Below are positions 58,528 to 64,000 of a stretch of 64,000 nucleotides of DNA, piece by piece (the stretch's first letter is position 1; each line of letters opens with the position of its first letter). The translations under genes were made by a program, and so were the position numbers. The stretch spans positions 55,358 through 119,357 of the forward strand of contig JBNPEB010000040.1 in the NCBI GenBank assembly GCA_051117335.1. Direction: 5' to 3'. The notes below the pieces were generated by a model that worked only from the letters and a program-made list of their open reading frames with translations, did no database searches and was not told where the DNA came from. Source of the DNA: Elainellaceae cyanobacterium (GTDB lineage Bacteria; Cyanobacteriota; Cyanobacteriia; CAZCXK01).

Positions 58528-59298
58528 CTACCATGGAAGTCGGCTTCCATCCCAGGAAAAAAATTGTCCGCTATCTTCGCTGCCAAGGGTGTCAAGAACG
58601 TCCATCAGCTGAGTGACCGTGCGCTCAACCGAGAATAGTTTCTCAGGTGGAACATTGCCCTGAAACGGCTTGGATAATCGGGTATCGGTAGTGCCAGGAT
58701 GGAGCGTCACTACGATAGTATTGGGGCTTTTTCGCTGATATTCGATCGCCACTGTTCGCATCAACATATTTAGAGCGGCTTTAGAGGCGCGATACCCATA
58801 CCAGCCGCCTAAGTGATTGTCGCCGATGCTGCCAATTTTGGCAGAAATGCTGGCAAATATGCTGCGATCGCCATGCCGCAATAGAGGGATCAGATATTTT
58901 GCCAACAGCACGCCGCTCACACTGTTGACCTGAAAATAGCGCAGCAGCTGGTCAGCGTTAATGTGTTTCAGGCTTTTTTCGGGCTGAATGTCGTCTGAGT
59001 GCAAAAAACCCACGCAGTTAATGACGATATGCAGGGTTTTGATCCCCGTGCTGATGTGCGCGATGCAGTCTGCCAATTGAGACTCGTTTGTTGCATCAAG
59101 CGGCAGACAGGTGAGGCGATCGGGGTATTTTTTATCCAGTGCAAACAATCCTGAGGCGGAGTCAGGATTATGATACGTTGCGACGACGTGGGCGATCGCC
59201 TCATAATCGAGTAGATAGTTGACAAATCCTAAGCCAATTCCTTGACTTGCCCCAACCACTAAAGCATTTGCGTTTTGAACGTTGTCCAAACTAGGCAT
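58528..59298 (-). CDS. SDR-family short-chain dehydrogenase/reductase
   Basis: Rossmann motif VVGASQGIGLG and a catalytic YxxxK (YGYRASK). Confidence 0.75.
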   Translation of the reverse strand: MPSLDNVQNANALVVGASQGIGLGFVNYLLDYEAIAHVVATYHNPDSASGLFALDKKYPDRLTCLPLDATNESQLADCIAHISTGIKTLHIVINCVGFLHSDDIQPEKSLKHINADQLLRYFQVNSVSGVLLAKYLIPLLRHGDRSIFASISAKIGSIGDNHLGGWYGYRASKAALNMLMRTVAIEYQRKSPNTIVVTLHPGTTDTRLSKPFQGNVPPEKLFSVERTVTQLMDVLDTLGSEDSGQFFSWDGSRLPW

Positions 59299-59320
59299 CG
59301 TGGAGTCTTAGATAGAGAGT

Positions 59321-60376
59321 TCATGAGCAGGGAGAAGAATCTTGCTCCTTCTTCATCTTGACTGTTTTTCCCAGTGCTTCAAGAATGTTGTAGCAGCGCA
59401 TGGATGGATCATAGGGATGCAGGCCAAATTCTTGCGACAGCTCTTCAAACACCTTCACCCCCCGAGTGCTATTGCCGCGTCCATCGAGCAGCGGTGAAAA
59501 TACGGCGATGCCAAGCTGATTAGGGACAACTGCGATAATGCCTCCGCTAACGCCGCTTTTAGCAGGCAGTCCAATTCGATAGTTCCACTCGCCGGCAAAG
59601 TTATACATTCCACAGCTTGACATGACGCTAAGAATATCTCGGATATAGCAAGGGTCAACGGCTTTCTCTCCCGTAATCGGGTTGACTCCATAATTGGCAA
59701 GCGTCGCCGCCATCACCGCTAAGACATGGCAGTCAACCATAATCGAACACTGCTGAAAATAAAGATCGAGCGATTCGTCTACTGGGTCATCGATGATGCC
59801 AAAGTTACGCATGAGATAGGCCATCGCCCGGTTACGAAAGCCAGTGGCGCGCTCAGACACAAACGTCGGCATATCGATAAATAGCTCGTGCCCAGCATAG
59901 CGTCGAAACAGATCGAGCATGCGGTTGAGCCGTTCGGTATGGGATGATCCGGTGATTAAGCTAGTCGTGGCGATCGCCCCCGCATTCACCATCGGGTTAT
60001 ACGGGCGTTTTGACTGATCGTCTAACACAATAGAATTAAACGCATCTCCCGTGGGCTCGACCCCAACTCGGCTGAGGAGATAATCTCGTCCGTGGTCTTC
60101 GAGGGCAAGCCCATAGACAAAAACTTTGGAGATCGATTGAATCGTAAACAGGCGATCGCAATCTCCGACTTCATAGATTTCACCGTCCACCGTAATCACC
60201 GAAATCCCAAACCAGTCCGGATTCATCTTCGCCAGTTCAGGAATATAATCTGCTACCTTACCGTCTTGCAGCGATCGATATTTGTGGTGAAGCTCAACCA
60301 GATAGGCTTGAAAATCTGACGCAGTAATTTGAGGAAGGGGTCTGCTAAACGGCAGGTTAGATTTAGCCATGGGCAC
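59321..60376 (-). CDS. glsA: Glutaminase A
   Basis: Serine-dependent beta-lactamase-like fold with the glutaminase signature [14 protein letters not shown] and YIPELAK. Short C-terminal extension. Confidence 0.85.
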   Translation of the reverse strand: MPMAKSNLPFSRPLPQITASDFQAYLVELHHKYRSLQDGKVADYIPELAKMNPDWFGISVITVDGEIYEVGDCDRLFTIQSISKVFVYGLALEDHGRDYLLSRVGVEPTGDAFNSIVLDDQSKRPYNPMVNAGAIATTSLITGSSHTERLNRMLDLFRRYAGHELFIDMPTFVSERATGFRNRAMAYLMRNFGIIDDPVDESLDLYFQQCSIMVDCHVLAVMAATLANYGVNPITGEKAVDPCYIRDILSVMSSCGMYNFAGEWNYRIGLPAKSGVSGGIIAVVPNQLGIAVFSPLLDGRGNSTRGVKVFEELSQEFGLHPYDPSMRCYNILEALGKTVKMKKEQDSSPCS

Positions 60377-60445
60377 CCATCATGGAAGATTTGAGAATCC
60401 GTGCAAGCTGGCATTATGCCAAACCGATTGTCAAACGATACCTCG

Positions 60446-61195
60446 TTAAATAAGCCCTTTTCGAGAACGAGAGGATATCTCCGACCGAGCCGTATCCGCC
60501 GCTTTATTGATTGGGATAGACTGAGCCGTTTGTTCGTGCTGAAGCTGCTGTCGACCGTTCCGAATGATCCGCATCATCTCGCTCAGTTGATGTTCCATAT
60601 CGCTCAGCACGCGGTCGGCATAATCATCTGCACCTTGCTGAATCTCATCACATTCGACGATCGCCATCTGCCGCACCCGTTCAAATTCTTGTTGTGCCTG
60701 ATAGCGAAGTTCGTCAATTTCAGCCATCGTTTGCTCTCTGGCTGCATCGCATTCTTGCTGAATACGCTGCTGAATCTGTTTTGCCTCTAGCTCAGCATGG
60801 CGAATCAGCCCCATCTCGTCGAGCATTTGAGACGCCTGTCGTTGAGCCGACTCGACAATCTCTTGGGCATACTGCTCTGCCTCAAGCAAAATCTCTTCTT
60901 TATGCCGCACGACATCTACGGCTTCATGCAAAACCGACGGCAAGCTCAAGCGCACCAGATCAAGCTGGTCAAGCAATTGCTCTTCATCGACCACCGTTCT
61001 CCGGCTAAGGGGAATACGCGGACTATCCAGAATCATCTCTTCTAATTTATTGAGCTCATTCTGAACATCTAGTCCCCCGATTCGAGACGTTTCCCGATAG
61101 ACTGCTGACTTCTCGGCAGGATCGGTTGATGCCTCGTGAGTCGAGTCACGGGTAATGCGGTCTTTGCTTACACGATTGGGGTCTCGGCGTAACAT
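60446..61195 (-). CDS. Coiled-coil protein (DivIVA-like?) of unknown function
   Basis: 249 aa, almost entirely predicted coiled coil (E/Q/R-rich heptads). The start overlaps the coaD 3' end. Confidence 0.4.
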   Translation of the reverse strand: MLRRDPNRVSKDRITRDSTHEASTDPAEKSAVYRETSRIGGLDVQNELNKLEEMILDSPRIPLSRRTVVDEEQLLDQLDLVRLSLPSVLHEAVDVVRHKEEILLEAEQYAQEIVESAQRQASQMLDEMGLIRHAELEAKQIQQRIQQECDAAREQTMAEIDELRYQAQQEFERVRQMAIVECDEIQQGADDYADRVLSDMEHQLSEMMRIIRNGRQQLQHEQTAQSIPINKAADTARSEISSRSRKGLI

Positions 61196-61656
61196 CGGCG
61201 AATATCCAGGGCAACAGGTTGAGGGACAAGATGATCAATAGGACCGCCAAACTTCGCAATCTCCTTGACCAGGCTACTACTCAAGAAGCTGTATTCATTC
61301 GAGGTTGCTAGAAAAACAGTCTCGATCTCATCAGAGAGGGTTTTGTTAGTATGCGCCATCTGGAGTTCCATTTCAAAGTCTGAGACCGCTCTCAAACCCC
61401 TCAGTAGAACTCGGGCATTTCGCATCCGGGCATAGGTAACGGTTAAGCCACTAAAGCTATCTATTTCTAGATTAGATAGATGGTGAGTCGATTCGCGAAT
61501 TTGATGAATTCGCTGATGAACGCTGAAGAGCGGCTTTTTGTTGGGGTTGTTTAAGACTGCCACAACAACTTGCTCAAACAGCTTACAGCCACGCTCAATG
61601 ATGTCTAAGTGTCCTAGAGTAATCGGGTCGAAACTACCAGGGTAGATCGCAATCAC
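61168..61656 (-). CDS. coaD: Phosphopantetheine adenylyltransferase
   Basis: N-terminal nucleotidyltransferase motif [16 protein letters not shown]. 162 aa. Confidence 0.9.
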   Translation of the reverse strand: MIAIYPGSFDPITLGHLDIIERGCKLFEQVVVAVLNNPNKKPLFSVHQRIHQIRESTHHLSNLEIDSFSGLTVTYARMRNARVLLRGLRAVSDFEMELQMAHTNKTLSDEIETVFLATSNEYSFLSSSLVKEIAKFGGPIDHLVPQPVALDIRRCYAETPIV

Positions 61657-61823
61657 GGTTTAAGAGTTTAAAGTTTGCTGAAGCGATTATATCGGACGCT
61701 TCGCCACTCGCTAATACGGAGATTACCCTGATCGATGAAAGTATTATATACAACCCAGTCTTTGCCTATTCCGTATTAACCTCTAAAATTATAGCCTTAC
61801 GCTCTCACGTCAGGACGCTGAAC

Positions 61824-61880
61824 GTGTGTAGACCCCGCGCGCCGCGCGGGGTCTACACACAAACCTAAGCCCGTAGGGCT
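61824..61880. repeat. Dyad-symmetry repeat element, copy D (3' of helicase-nuclease gene)
   Basis: Perfect 17-bp stem GTGTGTAGACCCCGCGC-gcc-GCGCGGGGTCTACACAC, then ACAAACCTA, a second hairpin AGCCCgtaGGGCT, then ATAATG. Confidence 0.6.
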
Positions 61881-61995
61881 ATAATGTTCGACTCAGCAAT
61901 TTGATTCAGCAATTTGATTTAGCAATTTGTAATTGCGTTAAGCGCATACCGCTATATTCGCTGTATTTATTTGCTGTATTTAGGCGCAAGGCGTC

Positions 61996-64000
61996 TCAAA
62001 TCATCACAGCATCTGCGTCAACGGACGGAGCCGCATTGACAAGGCTGAGTAAAGGGCCGGTTTGTTCTTGCCCATTGGTTGCTAGCTCGCTATGACAAAG
62101 ATAAACGCGCTCGGTTGCTCGACCTAGCAAGTCAACCATCTCTCGACGTAATCGTTCCTGATTGTCTGCGGCGGTGTCTTCTGCTGTCCACGATCGCCCC
62201 GACCATTCCCGAAGAAATAGCGGAGCCCCAAATAATGGCCCCCCTCCGGTTAGCCAGAGAGCAGACCCTGCATCTAACCAAAACTGCCAGCGATGTGCTC
62301 GACGTTGCGATCGATATTGAAAAATAGTTGCAAGGATGACACTCTGATGGGGCATTCCGACTGAGCGCACCGGATAGGGATCAGCGGTAATCGTGCCGCT
62401 CCGGAGAAGATTAATAAAATTTTCTACGGTTGAGCTAGGGGGCGACGCGCTCAAATCGCTCCGCCGCAGCCGAGTATCAATATCCCAGTAGTGTTGAGCG
62501 GTTTCAATCAACTCTCGCAACGCTGCGAGCTGATCGTAGGGCAGATGACTGCCTCCATAGAAGAACTGCTGAATGGCTCGGTCTAACAATGTCACTGCAT
62601 TGGGAATGAGACGGTGTTGCTGGTCAGACCGTTGCCGTTCGATCCAGTCGGTGATGGCGCTATAGGTCTGACTTGAGCGATATCCGAGGCGATCCCACCG
62701 GGGAAAGGTGGTGATCGGTAGCAGTTCTGGATGGGTGGGATCAGGCTTAAAGCAATGGTCAGTAATCAGCCCTGCTCTTACTGGGTCAATATCTGCCAGT
62801 TCTAACCCAGATGGCTCTGTCCGAGATACGGGCGCTTGGCTCAGCATCACCAGCATCTCAGCGATCGCCTCCCGATTGATGAGCCGTCCTAAACCGGGAT
62901 ATATCAGGGCCATCAGCGTCAATAGTGCCCGAATCATAGGCGAACTAATCAACGTCCGCTGGTCATTGAGCGCCTCAACCGAAATTCCTTTGTGGATTAA
63001 AATCTCACGAAGCGTGTAACGGGCGATCGCATCGAGCCCAGGCCCCACCACGGCAATCTCATGAGGCTGCACCTGCCCAGCATATACCGCAGCCGCGATC
63101 GCCTCGGCGGTTTGGCGTAAGAGTTGTGCCCGAGACACGGTTTGAATCGTCTGAATCGAGTCAGGGAGCGCGGGGAGGCGCATAGGCTCTTGCACCCATG
63201 CCCACATCACCGCACTCCAATCACTGGCAAGACAGCGATCTCGGGGGCGGTCTAATGACTCAACTCGACAGCGGGAAGCTAACCCTTCTAACCAGTGAGG
63301 ATCAGCGCCCAATCCTAAGCGACTTCCTCCCTCTGGGTTGTACGTAAACACGCCAGACCGCCCAGCATCGAGTAAGACCGTTAATAGAGAACGGGCGATC
63401 GCCGGATACTCATCCACATCATCAGCAAAAACAGCGCAATACCGATTGCGAACATGCTGTTGATACGTCTCGTTCGGAAGCAAATAGCGCCAATACAGCT
63501 GAGAAATAATGCCGTAGGTGACGAGGCCGCGATCGAGGCACCAATGCCACCAGTGCCGAAGCACCTCTCCCATACAGTCCCACAGGTCGGCAGAGCCAAT
63601 TTGATCGGCAAATCCGTCTCTTAATACGATGGGAATATCGTCGAGCGGAATGCCCGCACTGCCCGACAATTGCAACAAATCGAGAGTGCGCCGCACTAAA
63701 TAATAGTCGCGCACTCCCTCCTGCCGAAGTTGCCCTGAGGTAAGCTCGGGTTGCCAGAGTCGAGTGGCAAGCTCCTGCTCAGTTTCGGGGCGCAGTCGCA
63801 ACGGAAATTGAGCCTGCAACCCTAATTCCTGAGCAATCAGAGGCCAAAACAGGCGGATTTCGCCCTCGAAAAACCCCAACGGAGTCGTCGAATCAAAGCG
63901 GTGTGATTCGGCGGTGGCATCGTGAATTCGATCGGCTAATTCAATCCGGTTATCGCCGTTCGCGGCAATTACTAAGATATTTGCAATAGAATCTTGATCG
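61996..64000 (-). CDS. UvrD/RecB-like helicase-nuclease family protein, 5' part beyond window
   Basis: The long minus-strand frame stays open to the window edge. FADDVDEYPAIA resembles helicase motif II (DEXQD). The family assignment is tentative. Confidence 0.45.
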   Translation of the reverse strand, partial: DQDSIANILVIAANGDNRIELADRIHDATAESHRFDSTTPLGFFEGEIRLFWPLIAQELGLQAQFPLRLRPETEQELATRLWQPELTSGQLRQEGVRDYYLVRRTLDLLQLSGSAGIPLDDIPIVLRDGFADQIGSADLWDCMGEVLRHWWHWCLDRGLVTYGIISQLYWRYLLPNETYQQHVRNRYCAVFADDVDEYPAIARSLLTVLLDAGRSGVFTYNPEGGSRLGLGADPHWLEGLASRCRVESLDRPRDRCLASDWSAVMWAWVQEPMRLPALPDSIQTIQTVSRAQLLRQTAEAIAAAVYAGQVQPHEIAVVGPGLDAIARYTLREILIHKGISVEALNDQRTLISSPMIRALLTLMALIYPGLGRLINREAIAEMLVMLSQAPVSRTEPSGLELADIDPVRAGLITDHCFKPDPTHPELLPITTFPRWDRLGYRSSQTYSAITDWIERQRSDQQHRLIPNAVTLLDRAIQQFFYGGSHLPYDQLAALRELIETAQHYWDIDTRLRRSDLSASPPSSTVENFINLLRSGTITADPYPVRSVGMPHQSVILATIFQYRSQRRAHRWQFWLDAGSALWLTGGGPLFGAPLFLREWSGRSWTAEDTAADNQERLRREMVDLLGRATERVYLCHSELATNGQEQTGPLLSLVNAAPSVDADAVMI

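Noticed and set aside
1-64000. Searched intergenic regions for tRNA genes (T-loop GTTCGA/GGTTCRA motifs with an acceptor stem) and CRISPR-like regularly spaced repeats
   Set aside because: No convincing cloverleaf candidates and no array of regularly spaced identical repeats were found. The only tandem repeats are the short 7-16-bp duplications noted in the findings.

Overview
This is a cyanobacterial chromosomal window. The palindromic octamer GCGATCGC (HIP1) occurs dozens of times, and the genes include amt, a TPM/Psb32-like protein, a DUF1517/FLAP1-like protein, thiE with an N-terminal extension, and a CHAT protein. I support about 55 coding regions and several repeat or regulatory elements. 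No tRNA, rRNA or CRISPR array was found.

The left ~13 kb has visibly lower GC and fewer HIP1 copies, so it looks like an accessory island. It holds a 5'-partial FG-GAP/RTX calcium-binding exoprotein and a two-partner-secretion TpsA (filamentous haemagglutinin type) gene translationally coupled to a TIGR03032/DUF4915-like gene. It also holds an intact IS with 21-bp inverted repeats and a compact putative natural-product cluster (cytochrome-b5-fused desaturase, type III PKS, SyrD-like ABC exporter). The island ends at an orphan C-terminal TpsA fragment and a degenerate PIN-like gene.

To the right are an RND efflux operon under a sensor kinase with two OmpR-type regulators, and remnants of mobile DNA (MobC-like and DUF433 fragments). 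Then come a fasciclin lipoprotein, a TPM protein, an M28 peptidase, and a translationally coupled pair (274-aa protein plus 672-aa AAA+ NTPase) that I cannot assign to any known system. I rank that pair as the best candidate for an undescribed system. Beyond it lie thiE-thiS, a CHAT-domain protein with an in-frame 15-bp tandem repeat, and housekeeping genes (cysK, 1-Cys peroxiredoxin, amt with a candidate NtcA box, ispH, upp, thrB, glsA, coaD). A Cache-HAMP-PAS-GAF histidine kinase, a REC-kinase hybrid and a beta-carbonic anhydrase sit together near the right end.

A family of ~60–75-bp dyad-symmetry elements recurs at four intergenic sites, mostly at 3' ends of genes. Each has a GC-rich 15–17-bp hairpin, ACACAA, and a second short hairpin.
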